A stretch of 64,000 nt of DNA from Candidatus Latescibacterota bacterium (GTDB lineage: Bacteria; Latescibacterota; UBA2968; GCA-2709665): the NCBI GenBank assembly GCA_965116875.1, contig OZ220733.1:96001-160000 (forward strand), written 5' to 3'. The position numbers and the translations under genes were made by a program. A model generated the notes under the pieces. It saw nothing but the letters and a program-made list of their open reading frames with translations, searched no databases and was not told the DNA's origin. Below are positions 8,505-18,297 of the stretch, piece by piece. The number at the start of each line of letters is the position of its first letter. Position 1 is the stretch's first letter.

Positions 8505-11138
8505 TCACGTCCTCCCTTCCATCTCCTTTTTCCACCGATCCAGAGTAACCAGAGCCTCGAGCGGCGTGGTCTCGCCCAGGTCCAGATTGCGCAACTCGGT
8601 CAGCACCGGGTCTTCCGGAGGCAAGTTGAAAAGATTCATCTGTCCCGTGCCGATGGCCGCCTCACGACTCACCGAGGCCTGTGTTTTCCTCTCCGCCGGG
8701 GTCAGGTCTTTTTCTTCCAGCCTGCGCAACACTTCACGGGCTCTTGCAATCAGGTTTCGGGGCATTCCGGCAAGCCGCGCCACTTCAATGCCGTAACTGT
8801 GGTCGCACCCGCCGGCCACCAGCCGGTGCAGAAACGTCACGTTGTCGCCTTCCTTCCTGACCGCCACGCTGTAGTTCTTCACTCTTGCGAGCGATTCCTC
8901 GAGTTCCGTCAATTCATGATAGTGCGTGGCGAACAGCGTGCGTGGTTGTATGGACGCCGTGTTGTGCAGGTATTCCGTCATGGCCCAGGCAATGCTGAGC
9001 CCGTCGAACGTACTGGTGCCGCGGCCGATTTCATCCAGAAGCACCAGGCTTCTGGGGCTGGCGTTGTTCAGTATGTTTGCGGCTTCGTTCATCTCCACAA
9101 GAAACGTGGATTCCCCCCTGGCCAGATTATCGGACGCGCCCACTCGTGTGAAAATCCGGTCCACCACGCCGACACGCGCCGCCCTCGCAGGAACAAAGCT
9201 GCCCAGTTGGGCCAGCAGCACGATCAGTCCGATCTGCCTCAATATCGTGGACTTCCCGGCCATATTGGGACCGGTAATGATCAGCACCTGTTCGCGTTCG
9301 GCATCCACGAAGAAATCGTTGGGCACAAACTTGCCCGCCGGCAACAACCCTTCAACAACGGGATGACGCCCCTCCCGAATTTCGATACCCGTGGATTCAT
9401 CCACTTCCGGACGGACGTAGTCGTTGTCTGCAGCCACCTCTGCCAGACAGGCCAACACGTCAACCACGGCCACGGTGCGCGCCGTGCGCTGCACCTCGTC
9501 CACCCAGGCCTCAACTTCACCCCTGAGTTGCTGAAACAGCTCTTTCTCAAGTTCTTTCGCCCGCTCGTCGGCGCCAAGGATCTTCGCTTCCCACTCTTTC
9601 AGCGCAGGGGTAATGAAGCGCTCCGCGTTCACCAGGGTCTGCTTGCGCAGGTAGTCGTCCGGAGCCTTGTCCATATTCGCCTTCGTGATTTCGATATAGT
9701 ACCCGAAAGCCTTGTTGTATCCGACCTTGAGCGACGGAATGCCGGTACGCTCCCTCTCTCTCGCCTGCAATTCAGCCACCCACCGGCGTCCTCCCGACGC
9801 CGCGTCGCGAAGCTCGTCGAGTTCCGCGCGATGGCCCTCCCTGATGATGCCCCCGTCACTCAACTGGAACGGCGGCTCGTCCACAACCGTGCGGCGGATC
9901 AGCTCGATCAGTTCGCCCAATTCCGGCAACCCGTGACATCTCGCTCTTACCAGCAGTTCCGAATCGGCCTCATCCAGCGCGCCCCGCAGGCCCGGTACGG
10001 CCTGAAGCGACGTCCTGAGCGCCACGAGGTCCCTGGGGCTGCAACGTCCGCAGCAGATGCGTGACATCAACCGCTCGAGGTCCCCGACATGCTTCAGGGC
10101 CTCACGGACCGACTCGCGACGGACAGGATGACGGACGAGATCCTCCACGGCGTCCTGCCTGGATTCGATTCTCGATATATCCAGCAGCGGCTGAGAAAGC
10201 CACGCCCGCAGCGTCCGCGCTCCCATGGCGGTGCAGGTTCGGTCCAGCAGGGACAGCAGCGTCCCTTCCCGCCGGCCTTCCTGTATAGACGTGATCAGTT
10301 CCAGGTTCCGCTGGGTTACCAGATCGAGGCCCATGCACGCACTGTCGGACTCCTGTGACAGACGCGTGATGTGCGAGACCGCACCCTTCTGGTTCTGCTT
10401 CAGATATGCAAGCACCGCACCGGCCGCGCTGACGCCCACCGTCAGCCGGTCGCAGCCGAATCCCTTTAACGAGTTGACCCGGAAGTGTTCCAGAAGCAAA
10501 TCGTGCGCATACGCGAATCCGAAATGCCATTCTTCCGCCCGAACGACGAGCGTTCCCGGCATCCGCCGCGTGATCTCAACCTCATGGGCATCGACCCATG
10601 ACTCGGGGGCAAGCACTTCGGCGGGGCTGATCCGCTCCAGGAGATCCCACAGTTCGTCCACGTCCTTCTCCATGGTGCGGAAATCACCGGTGGACAGATC
10701 CGTTACCGCGGCGCCCAGCCGGTCCGATTCCACCCAGAGACCCAGCAGGTAGTTGTTTCGGTTCTGATCGAGCAGGTTATCCGAGAGTGCGGTACCTGGA
10801 GAAACGACCTGGACGACTTCGCGCCGCACGACCGCCTTGCCCTTCTGCGGCGCCTCCATCTGCTCGCAGATGGCGACTTTGCGACCGGCCTTGATCAATC
10901 TCGCCAGGTAGGTATCGAGTGCGTGATGAGGCACGCCCGCCATCGGCACGCTTTCGCCTCCCCTGCCGTTGTTGCGGGACGTTAATGCCAGCCCGAGAAG
11001 ACCGGAGACCTCCTTGGCGTCGTCGTAGAACGTCTCATAGAAGTCGCCCATTCGGAAAAGCAGTACGGCGTCTCTGTGTTCGTCCTTGAAACGCAGGTAC
11101 TGTTCCATTGCGGGCGTGACGTCTCTTGGCCGTGCCAT
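8505..11138 (-). CDS. mutS: DNA mismatch repair protein MutS
   Basis: TPAMEQY, FRMGDFYE, TGPNMAGKST, STFLVEM, DEIGRGTST, FATHYHEL, SYGIEVA. Confidence 0.98.
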   Translation of the reverse strand: MARPRDVTPAMEQYLRFKDEHRDAVLLFRMGDFYETFYDDAKEVSGLLGLALTSRNNGRGGESVPMAGVPHHALDTYLARLIKAGRKVAICEQMEAPQKGKAVVRREVVQVVSPGTALSDNLLDQNRNNYLLGLWVESDRLGAAVTDLSTGDFRTMEKDVDELWDLLERISPAEVLAPESWVDAHEVEITRRMPGTLVVRAEEWHFGFAYAHDLLLEHFRVNSLKGFGCDRLTVGVSAAGAVLAYLKQNQKGAVSHITRLSQESDSACMGLDLVTQRNLELITSIQEGRREGTLLSLLDRTCTAMGARTLRAWLSQPLLDISRIESRQDAVEDLVRHPVRRESVREALKHVGDLERLMSRICCGRCSPRDLVALRTSLQAVPGLRGALDEADSELLVRARCHGLPELGELIELIRRTVVDEPPFQLSDGGIIREGHRAELDELRDAASGGRRWVAELQARERERTGIPSLKVGYNKAFGYYIEITKANMDKAPDDYLRKQTLVNAERFITPALKEWEAKILGADERAKELEKELFQQLRGEVEAWVDEVQRTARTVAVVDVLACLAEVAADNDYVRPEVDESTGIEIREGRHPVVEGLLPAGKFVPNDFFVDAEREQVLIITGPNMAGKSTILRQIGLIVLLAQLGSFVPARAARVGVVDRIFTRVGASDNLARGESTFLVEMNEAANILNNASPRSLVLLDEIGRGTSTFDGLSIAWAMTEYLHNTASIQPRTLFATHYHELTELEESLARVKNYSVAVRKEGDNVTFLHRLVAGGCDHSYGIEVARLAGMPRNLIARAREVLRRLEEKDLTPAERKTQASVSREAAIGTGQMNLFNLPPEDPVLTELRNLDLGETTPLEALVTLDRWKKEMEGRT

Positions 11139-11148
11139 CTGAACTTCC

Positions 11149-12054
11149 CTAGTCTCGTTCAACGATTGCGCTATGCGCCGCCCCGGCCTCCTTCTTCACG
11201 CGGGGCATCTGCATTTCGGCTGAAGTCCGGTCGGGAAACGGTCCGACCAGCAGGACCCGCATGCCGGCGACCTTCGCCGCCTCTTCCCGAACCGGAAGTC
11301 CCGCCTGAGCCAGCCGACCGGAAAGACGGCGCAGGTTCTCTCCGACTCCGAAAACACCCACGCGCACCCATATCCTGCGTGCCGGCTTCCTTCCTTTCAA
11401 ACGTTCGTTGAGTTCCGCCAGCCGCGTCGAGATGACAGGCGGAGGTCTGCCTGCGGCGAGGGCGCCTGCTTCGCGCTCCGCTTCCCGGGTCCGCCCGGCC
11501 ATCACCAGCGCCTCTATCCGGCCCAGGCGGGCATGAAGGGCGATTTCTGAACGGGGGTCGGCATCGAGTACGTTCTGAAAAACGACGAGCGCAGAGTCCG
11601 GCCGCCGGGTGTTCAGGTAAACGCACCCCAACCGGTGCCGCGACAGAGACGCAAGAGGACTGCTCCGGTATTCGTTCAGCAGCCGTTTGTAGCGGTCCGC
11701 CGCGCGAAAATATCGCCCCGACGGCCCGGCATAGTCCGCTTCCGCCAGCTCAAACAACGCGTCGTCCGCGAGTTCGTGCCCGGGGTGGGATTTCAGCAGG
11801 CGCTTGAAATACTCGCGTGATTTCGCTCCCTCGCGGGTCAGACGTCCCAGATAATACAGTGCCACCGGATTATCGGGCTCGGCATTCAGCGCGCGAGTGA
11901 ACACCGCTTTCGCCCGGTCGAACTGCCCGTCCCGGAACAGCGCGACCGGATCCGCGGTCTCCGAACGCAGGGAGATTGCCGGCAGACCCAGAAAAATGAG
12001 GAAACTGATGCGCCGGATGCGAATCAATGTCAACTTGCGCCTGTGGGTACACAT
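11149..12054 (-). CDS. Exported TPR-repeat protein with a C-terminal SPOR (peptidoglycan-binding) domain
   Basis: N-terminal hydrophobic segment, TPR helices (ALYYLG, ALFELA), C-terminal WVRVGVF...LLVGPFPDRTSA. Start is uncertain. Confidence 0.78.
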   Translation of the reverse strand: MCTHRRKLTLIRIRRISFLIFLGLPAISLRSETADPVALFRDGQFDRAKAVFTRALNAEPDNPVALYYLGRLTREGAKSREYFKRLLKSHPGHELADDALFELAEADYAGPSGRYFRAADRYKRLLNEYRSSPLASLSRHRLGCVYLNTRRPDSALVVFQNVLDADPRSEIALHARLGRIEALVMAGRTREAEREAGALAAGRPPPVISTRLAELNERLKGRKPARRIWVRVGVFGVGENLRRLSGRLAQAGLPVREEAAKVAGMRVLLVGPFPDRTSAEMQMPRVKKEAGAAHSAIVERD

Positions 12055-13412
12055 ACAGATGAGACGTGTGGGCGGACCTCAGGATTGACGTCCGTCATTC
12101 GACCGACGACCCGACCGGGCCGTACGTCGGTCAGCCGCACGGGCGCGACAGAATTCTTCGCGCTGTCGGGCCCCGGGGCGAAGACGCGAATGTAATTGTC
12201 GGTAACGCCCTGCAGGTATCCCGTTTCCGGCTCGCGCCTGTCTTCAAAGAGCACGTTCAGGGTCCGCCCCTCAAACCGGCGGTTGAAGGCCTCTGTTTTC
12301 CGCTCGCCAAGACGCCTGAGCAGTGCGCCTCGCCGCTTCTTGACGTCCGCTTCCACTTCCCCGCCCATTTTCGCCGCAAACGTGCCGGCCCGTGGTGAAA
12401 AGGGAAACACATGCAGGAATGCGAGGGGACCCTTGTCAATCAGATCGAACGTATTGGCGAACGCCTCATCGGTTTCTCCGGGAAACCCCACCATCACATC
12501 CGCGCCCAGGCCGATTTCGGGCACCCTTTCAGCCAGCGTCTCGATCAGCGAGAGGTAGTGCGCACGCGTATACGGCCTGCGCATTGCTGCCAGAATCCCG
12601 TCGTCGCCGCTCTGGAGCGGTATATGCAGGTGCCTGCAGAACCTGGACGACGACGAGAAGAAATCGACCATTGCATCGCTGATGAACGACGCTTCGATCG
12701 AACTCACACGAAACCGCCGCAGGCCCTCGATTCGCTCAATGCCCTCGAACAGATCGAGCAGACCGTGTCCGTCCAGGTCCGCGCCGTAGTCTCCAATGTG
12801 TACGCCCGCAAGGACGACCTCCTGATAACCGGCGTCAACCAGCCTCCGCACCTGGTCCAGGCAGCTGTGCAGACTGCGGCTGCGGCTCCGACCTCGTGCA
12901 AACGGAATGACGCAGAAGGAACAGAACTCGTTGCAACCCTCCTGTATCTTCACGAAGGCGCGCGCCCTTCCGCCGAAATTGAAGATATCCATCTCCTGAA
13001 ATTCAGCCGTTCTACGCCGGGTCACGTAACTTCGTCCGATGGAACACGTATCGTTGATCAGATCGAGCAGCCGGGTCTTCTCAGCCGTACCGACGACGAG
13101 ATCGACTTCGGGCATTCCGATCAGCACGTCGGGATCGGTTTGGGCGTAACATCCCATGGCCACGACCGTACCCTCGGGAGATATCCGATGCGCCCGACGC
13201 AACATCTGCCGTGACTGGGCCGCGCCCTGTCCCGTCACCGTGCAGGTGTTCACAACCGTCACGTCCGCCGGACGTCCGAACGCGACCTCACGGTACCCCT
13301 CGTGTCTGAATTGCTCGCGGTACCATTCCGTATCGTACGTATTCAACTTGCAGCCGAGCGTATAAAACGATACGGTTCTGACGTTTCCGTTCATCCCGCC
13401 ATTTCCTCGCAT
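12030..13412 (-). CDS. mtaB: tRNA t6A37 methylthiotransferase MtaB (radical SAM)
   Basis: TLGCKLN, NTCTVT, KIQEGCNEFCSFC, HLHIPLQSG, VGFPGET, HVFPFSPRAGT. Alternative ATG at 13394. Confidence 0.93.
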   Translation of the reverse strand: MRGNGGMNGNVRTVSFYTLGCKLNTYDTEWYREQFRHEGYREVAFGRPADVTVVNTCTVTGQGAAQSRQMLRRAHRISPEGTVVAMGCYAQTDPDVLIGMPEVDLVVGTAEKTRLLDLINDTCSIGRSYVTRRRTAEFQEMDIFNFGGRARAFVKIQEGCNEFCSFCVIPFARGRSRSRSLHSCLDQVRRLVDAGYQEVVLAGVHIGDYGADLDGHGLLDLFEGIERIEGLRRFRVSSIEASFISDAMVDFFSSSSRFCRHLHIPLQSGDDGILAAMRRPYTRAHYLSLIETLAERVPEIGLGADVMVGFPGETDEAFANTFDLIDKGPLAFLHVFPFSPRAGTFAAKMGGEVEADVKKRRGALLRRLGERKTEAFNRRFEGRTLNVLFEDRREPETGYLQGVTDNYIRVFAPGPDSAKNSVAPVRLTDVRPGRVVGRMTDVNPEVRPHVSSVCVPTGAS

Positions 13413-13512
13413 TCAAGGCGCTGCTTTTCCGGAATCTGCAAACTCCATACAACAAAGAGTTGAGGACAATGCCTCAACTCTCTGTCTCGAGCGAAACCGC
13501 TGTCCGATGGTC

Positions 13513-15501
13513 CTATGCTTCCGGTTTTGGCGCAGCCTCCGTCTCGTCGCCGTTACCGGCTTTTTTCTGAGCAGGCGGACCGTCTTCGCCGGGTACGTCG
13601 CCGGTCGATTCGGCATCCGTTTCTTCACCGGACCCTTCGGCACTGGCTTCGGGCTGTGGCGCCGGCTCCGCAGCCCCGGTCGATCCGGCCTCCTCCCCTT
13701 CGGCGGACGCTTCGGCGCCGGCTTCGGGCTTCGGTGCAGGCTCCGCGTCCCCGGTCGATTCAGCCGCATCGCCAACCACGTCGCCTACGGTGACCGGCTT
13801 CGGCCGGTGGCTTTCGATGTAAGCGTCAATCTCGGCCTGTTCGGCGTCGCGCAGATATTCCTTGACGCTCAAGACGATCTTGCGCTGCTCTTCATCGAAT
13901 TCGACGACCTTGAGGGGTAACTCGTCCTGTTCCGAGAAATGCGTTTGAGGGGTCTGCAGATCCGACAGTCCCAGCTGCGAGACCGGAATGAATCCCTCCA
14001 CGTCTCCGTCCAGGTCGACGACGACCCCGCGCTCCAGCAGCCGGGATATCCTCCCATCCGTCGTTTTGCCCACAGCGTAACGGACGGCCAGTTCGGGCCA
14101 GGGGTTCTCAATGGTCTGCTTGTGCCCCAGGGAGATGCGGCGACGTTTCTTGTCTATATTGAGCACGACCACGTCGATCTGCTCACCCTTCTTGACGACG
14201 TCGCTGGGATGGCGCACCCGCCGCGTCCAGGACATATCGGAAATATGGACCAGCCCGTCGATTCCCTCTTCGATTTCCACAAACGCGCCGAAATTGACCA
14301 GGTTTCGAACCAGGCCTGCAAGACGCGTACCCACGGGATACTTCTCGTCCAGCGAAAGCCAGGGGTCGTCGGTTGTCTGCTTCATGCCAAGCGAGATCTT
14401 CTGGCCCTCTTTGTCCACGTTCAGAATGACAACCTTCAACTGGTCGCCAATTGAGACAAGCTTGGACGGATGCCGGATGTGCTGCGTCCAGGACATCTCG
14501 GAGATGTGGACGAGACCCTCCACGCCCTGTTCCAGTTCCACGAAAGCTCCGTAATCCGTGATACTGACCACTTTGCCGTCCACGCGGTCTCCAACGGGAA
14601 ACTTCTCCTCGATATTCTCCCAGGGATGGGGCATCAGCTGTTTCATGCCCAGTGAAATCCGCTCGCGTTCTTCGTCGTAATTGAGCACTTTGACCTGGAC
14701 ATCGTCGCCAATGGACAACACCTCGGACGGGTGTCCGATCCGGCCCCATGAGATATCGGTAATGTGCAACAGACCGTCCAGACCACCGAGGTCGATAAAT
14801 GCGCCAAAATCCGTGATATTCTTTACCGCTCCCTCGCGGATCTGGCCGACTTCCAGCGTCTGAAGAATCTGTTTGCGCAGACGCTCCCTCTCGGCTTCCA
14901 GCACGACCCGTCTGGAAACGACGATATTGCGACGGTTCTTGTTGAGTTTGATGATCCGGAAGGGAAAAACCTCGCCAATGAACTGATCGAAATTCTTCAC
15001 CTGTTTGATATCGATCTGAGACCCCGGCAGGAACGCGTCAACTCCGAACAGATCCACGACAATACCGCCCTTGATCCGCCGCACCAGCCGACCCTCGACG
15101 ATCTGATCGCTGTCGTAGGCGTCCTTGATGCGGTCCCACACCCGCATGAAGTCAGCCTTCTGTTTGGACAGCACAATCTGTCCTTCCTGATCTTCCACGT
15201 CTTCCAGGTACACCTCTATTTCCTGTCCCACCTCGACTTCTGACGGATCGGCAAATTCGGCAAGTGGTATGGCGCCCTCGGACTTGAAACCGATATCGAC
15301 CACAACTGTATTATCCGCGACGGCCAGAACGGTCCCGGAGACAATTTCACCTTCGGAGATATTGCTCATTGTATCTTCGTACAGACTCATCATCGAGGCG
15401 AATTCCTCTTCCGAGTATTCGCGCTCGTCCAATGCATCCAGCGCCTCTGCGCTGGATGCCTGCGAGACGGGATGGCTTGCGGTGTTGTTTTCTTCCGACA
15501 T
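13513..15501 (-). CDS. rpsA: 30S ribosomal protein S1 with an acidic low-complexity C-terminal tail
   Basis: Six S1 domains (DIGFKSEG, AFLPGSQ, DFGAFIDLGGLDGLLHITD, GVEGLVHISEMSW). Confidence 0.98.
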   Translation of the reverse strand: MSEENNTASHPVSQASSAEALDALDEREYSEEEFASMMSLYEDTMSNISEGEIVSGTVLAVADNTVVVDIGFKSEGAIPLAEFADPSEVEVGQEIEVYLEDVEDQEGQIVLSKQKADFMRVWDRIKDAYDSDQIVEGRLVRRIKGGIVVDLFGVDAFLPGSQIDIKQVKNFDQFIGEVFPFRIIKLNKNRRNIVVSRRVVLEAERERLRKQILQTLEVGQIREGAVKNITDFGAFIDLGGLDGLLHITDISWGRIGHPSEVLSIGDDVQVKVLNYDEERERISLGMKQLMPHPWENIEEKFPVGDRVDGKVVSITDYGAFVELEQGVEGLVHISEMSWTQHIRHPSKLVSIGDQLKVVILNVDKEGQKISLGMKQTTDDPWLSLDEKYPVGTRLAGLVRNLVNFGAFVEIEEGIDGLVHISDMSWTRRVRHPSDVVKKGEQIDVVVLNIDKKRRRISLGHKQTIENPWPELAVRYAVGKTTDGRISRLLERGVVVDLDGDVEGFIPVSQLGLSDLQTPQTHFSEQDELPLKVVEFDEEQRKIVLSVKEYLRDAEQAEIDAYIESHRPKPVTVGDVVGDAAESTGDAEPAPKPEAGAEASAEGEEAGSTGAAEPAPQPEASAEGSGEETDAESTGDVPGEDGPPAQKKAGNGDETEAAPKPEA

Positions 15502-15606
15502 GATACTGCGACCTCCTTGGCCGTTCCGCGAAAGGCCGTTGCCCCGGACGTGCGGTTCGGCGCAAAAATGCAGGGAAAAGACGGAGACCGGTTCTCCGCA
15601 GGGACC

Positions 15607-16290
15607 CTACCGGCGCTCGTGCATGGCACCCGGCGCAGGCGGGCCGGTATTGCGCCTGCCGGGTCTCAGGTTACCTATACAGTGCATCACCTCGCTGCTG
15701 ATGGTGTGATAAGCCGCTCGACGTCTGACGGGCAATCCGGCTGGAGACACGCGAATCGGTTCTCCGAACCGCACGGTTACCCGGTTGAGTCCGATCAGAC
15801 TCGTCCAGATGTTGACCGTGCCCGAAATATAGACCGGAACCACTGGAACCCGCGCACGGAATGCCAACATGCCCACGCCGTCTTTGGGCGGCCTGAGTCT
15901 GGACGTCTTGTTGCGGGTTCCCTCCGGCGATAGAAACATCGCACCGCCGGCCTTGAGACACCCTTCGATGCCCCGCAAGGCGCCCCGGTCTCCGCGAGAA
16001 CGGTCTATTGGCAGTGCATTCAGTTTCCGAATCAGCCAGCCCAGAATCGGAACGGGAAATGCTTCCCGCTTGGTAACATACGAAAGTTCCCTGCACGCCG
16101 CAACCCCGATGAATACGGGATCCGCATAGGAGGCGTGGTTGCTGGCCAGAATGACCCCTCCGCGCCGGGGCACAAAGTGAAGGCCGGCAACTCGAAGCCG
16201 AAACAGGCAGCTGCATACTCCAACGCCGAGCGCCCAGAGAAAACGGTACAGGAGATTGCCCGGTCGTCCGGTGTAAATGTCTGTCCGCAT
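15607..16290 (-). CDS. plsC: 1-acyl-sn-glycerol-3-phosphate acyltransferase
   Basis: ASNHASYAD (HX4D), PEGTR, VPVVPV. Lies between cmk and rpsA. Confidence 0.88.
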   Translation of the reverse strand: MRTDIYTGRPGNLLYRFLWALGVGVCSCLFRLRVAGLHFVPRRGGVILASNHASYADPVFIGVAACRELSYVTKREAFPVPILGWLIRKLNALPIDRSRGDRGALRGIEGCLKAGGAMFLSPEGTRNKTSRLRPPKDGVGMLAFRARVPVVPVYISGTVNIWTSLIGLNRVTVRFGEPIRVSPAGLPVRRRAAYHTISSEVMHCIGNLRPGRRNTGPPAPGAMHERR

Positions 16291-16309
16291 TTTGTACACT
16301 TGAGTACGT

Positions 16310-16990
16310 CTAGACGCCGCACTTGCGAGCGAGTTCCACCACGCGGGCCACCTGCGCGTCGACGTCCAGACCCGTGGTATCCACGGTGATTGCATCCGAA
16401 GCCGGCCAGGATCCGGAACGCCGCTGCGTGGCTTTGTCGCGGGTGTCCCGCTCTCGAATCTGTCCCATCAATACGTCCAGTTCCGCCGCGACTCCGCAAT
16501 TGAGCAACTCACGGTGTCGGCGTCGCGCTCGCTCGGCGACGTCGGCAACCAGGAATATTTTCAGTTCGGCTTCCGGAAAAACTGCCGTGCCCGTGTCCCG
16601 ACCTTCCAGTACGATGCCGCCCTCGTGTCCGAGTTCCCGCTGGCGTGCCACGAGTATCTTCCGGACCGCGGCGTGTACGGCCACCCGGGAGGCGGCATCG
16701 GAAACATCCGCCGAACGGATCTCTCCGGTCACGTCCTCCCCGTTGATCAGCACCCGTTGGCCGGACTCCTCCAGGCGAAAATCGAATTCCAGTGCTGCTG
16801 CGTTCCCGGCGGCCGCGGATTCGTCGTCGGGGCTGAGCCCCTTGCGAATCATGGACCAGCCCAGAGCGCGGTACATCGCGCCGGTATCCAGATAGAGGTA
16901 TCCCAGCCTGCCGGCGACACACCGGGCCGTCGTGCTCTTGCCCGATCCCGCGGGACCGTCGATGGCAATCACGATACCCCTCTTCCGCAT
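16310..16990 (-). CDS. cmk: Cytidylate kinase
   Basis: IAIDGPAGSGKST, YLDTGAMYR, VLEGRDTGT. Confidence 0.96.
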   Translation of the reverse strand: MRKRGIVIAIDGPAGSGKSTTARCVAGRLGYLYLDTGAMYRALGWSMIRKGLSPDDESAAAGNAAALEFDFRLEESGQRVLINGEDVTGEIRSADVSDAASRVAVHAAVRKILVARQRELGHEGGIVLEGRDTGTAVFPEAELKIFLVADVAERARRRHRELLNCGVAAELDVLMGQIRERDTRDKATQRRSGSWPASDAITVDTTGLDVDAQVARVVELARKCGV

Positions 16991-17016
16991 CGCGACCCTC
17001 CGCCCCCGATCCTTAG

Positions 17017-17289
17017 CCTCTTCTATTCACAATAACCGAAACGAACATGGATAAACAGGATAGACAGGATAAAAGCCAAATCCGAACAGGATGAGAAACC
17101 AGGAGCAGGACAAATGCTCACTTTTCCGTGCAAGAATAATCGACGCCTACCTCTGCAAACTGCGCATCCTCACACCGAACAACCAGATTCCGCATTTCTT
17201 CAGGTGCTGTCGTAAAAAAAATCTCGCGTTATTTATCGAAATACAACCGGTTATACAACAGAACCACCGGTCTTTGTGAATAATTCAAG
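17017..17289. mobile_element. 273-bp MITE-like element, family B (IS1380-like ends)
   Basis: Imperfect 22-bp inverted repeats (CCTCTTCTATTCACAATAACCG / revcomp CTTGAATTATTCACAAAGACCG). TTAG direct repeat on both sides (17013-17016, 17290-17293). AT-rich, with internal ACAGGAT tandem repeats. Confidence 0.72.
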
Positions 17290-17292
17290 TTA

Positions 17293-17478
17293 GAAGCTGT
17301 GTTAAAATTCCCAGCGGTCTTCGCGCGGCTGCAAAAGCGCCGGTCGGCGTTGGTCAAACCCACCCGTCTTACGAGATCGAGGCTGCGCTTGCTCGCCTCT
17401 CATAGCCGGATTTTCCCGCCTTGACCGCCACTCTTTCGCTCGCGTTCGGGAACTCACCGGTAATTTTAACACACCTTC
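17293..17478. mobile_element. ~186-bp MITE-like element, family C
   Basis: 18/20 inverted repeat GAAGCTGTGTTAAAATTCCC / GGTAATTTTAACACACCTTC. The right end recurs at 44271-44334. Confidence 0.8.
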
Positions 17479-18228
17479 CTACGGATCAGGTTCCCCTCCC
17501 TGTGTGTCTGCACCGTCCCCCTCCGATTCCCCGCCTCCCCCTTCGGGGCCCTTCATCGGCTCCGATGGGTCTCCCGCGCCCCCACGGATATTCCCCGTCC
17601 GGGCTTCCGGGCTTTGCATTGCCTGCAGCAACTCGTTTGGTGATGCTTCCGCAGCGGCCTTGTCTTCCAGCAATTCATCCAATTCCCTGACCTTTGGCAG
17701 ATCCGACAACGTCTTGAGTCCAAAGTGCTTCAGGAAGTCCCGGGTCGTACCATAGAGCAGCGGCCGTCCGGGCGCATCCGACCGGCCGGCGATGCGGATC
17801 AAACCCTTCTCGAGCAGGTGGCGTACAACCCCGTCTACAGACACGCCGCGAATGTGCTCAACCTCTGCCTTCATGACCGGCTGCTTGAACACGATAATGG
17901 CAAGCGTTTCCAGGGCTGCCGACGAAAGGCGGACGGGCGCCTTGTCTTTCAGGAGCCGCCGGACCCAGACACCGTATTCCGAATGTACCATAAACAGGAA
18001 TCCGCCGGCAATCTCGGAGATTTTGAAACTGCGCCCGGTCTGGCCGTACTGCGCGTTCAGGTCCTCCACGTACGCACGCACGTCTCCGGCCCGTACTCCA
18101 TCAAGCAACGAGGCGATCCGGGTGGCGCCGAGCGGTCTGTCGGACGCCATCAACAGGGCTTCCACAATGCCCCGGTTGCGCGCGTCTTCGTCCGACGCGA
18201 CCGGGTCTATACCGTACGACTCGCCCAT
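17479..18228 (-). CDS. scpB: SMC-Scp complex subunit ScpB
   Basis: IVEALL, LSSAALETLAII, RGVSVD, PGRPLLYGTTRDFLKHFGL. Confidence 0.95.
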   Translation of the reverse strand: MGESYGIDPVASDEDARNRGIVEALLMASDRPLGATRIASLLDGVRAGDVRAYVEDLNAQYGQTGRSFKISEIAGGFLFMVHSEYGVWVRRLLKDKAPVRLSSAALETLAIIVFKQPVMKAEVEHIRGVSVDGVVRHLLEKGLIRIAGRSDAPGRPLLYGTTRDFLKHFGLKTLSDLPKVRELDELLEDKAAAEASPNELLQAMQSPEARTGNIRGGAGDPSEPMKGPEGGGGESEGDGADTQGGEPDP

Positions 18229-18297
18229 TGAATCTCGACCTGTTCGGGTTTTCAATCGGCTGAAACGGCCCGGATTGTCAGGCGCCGCTGATGAACC

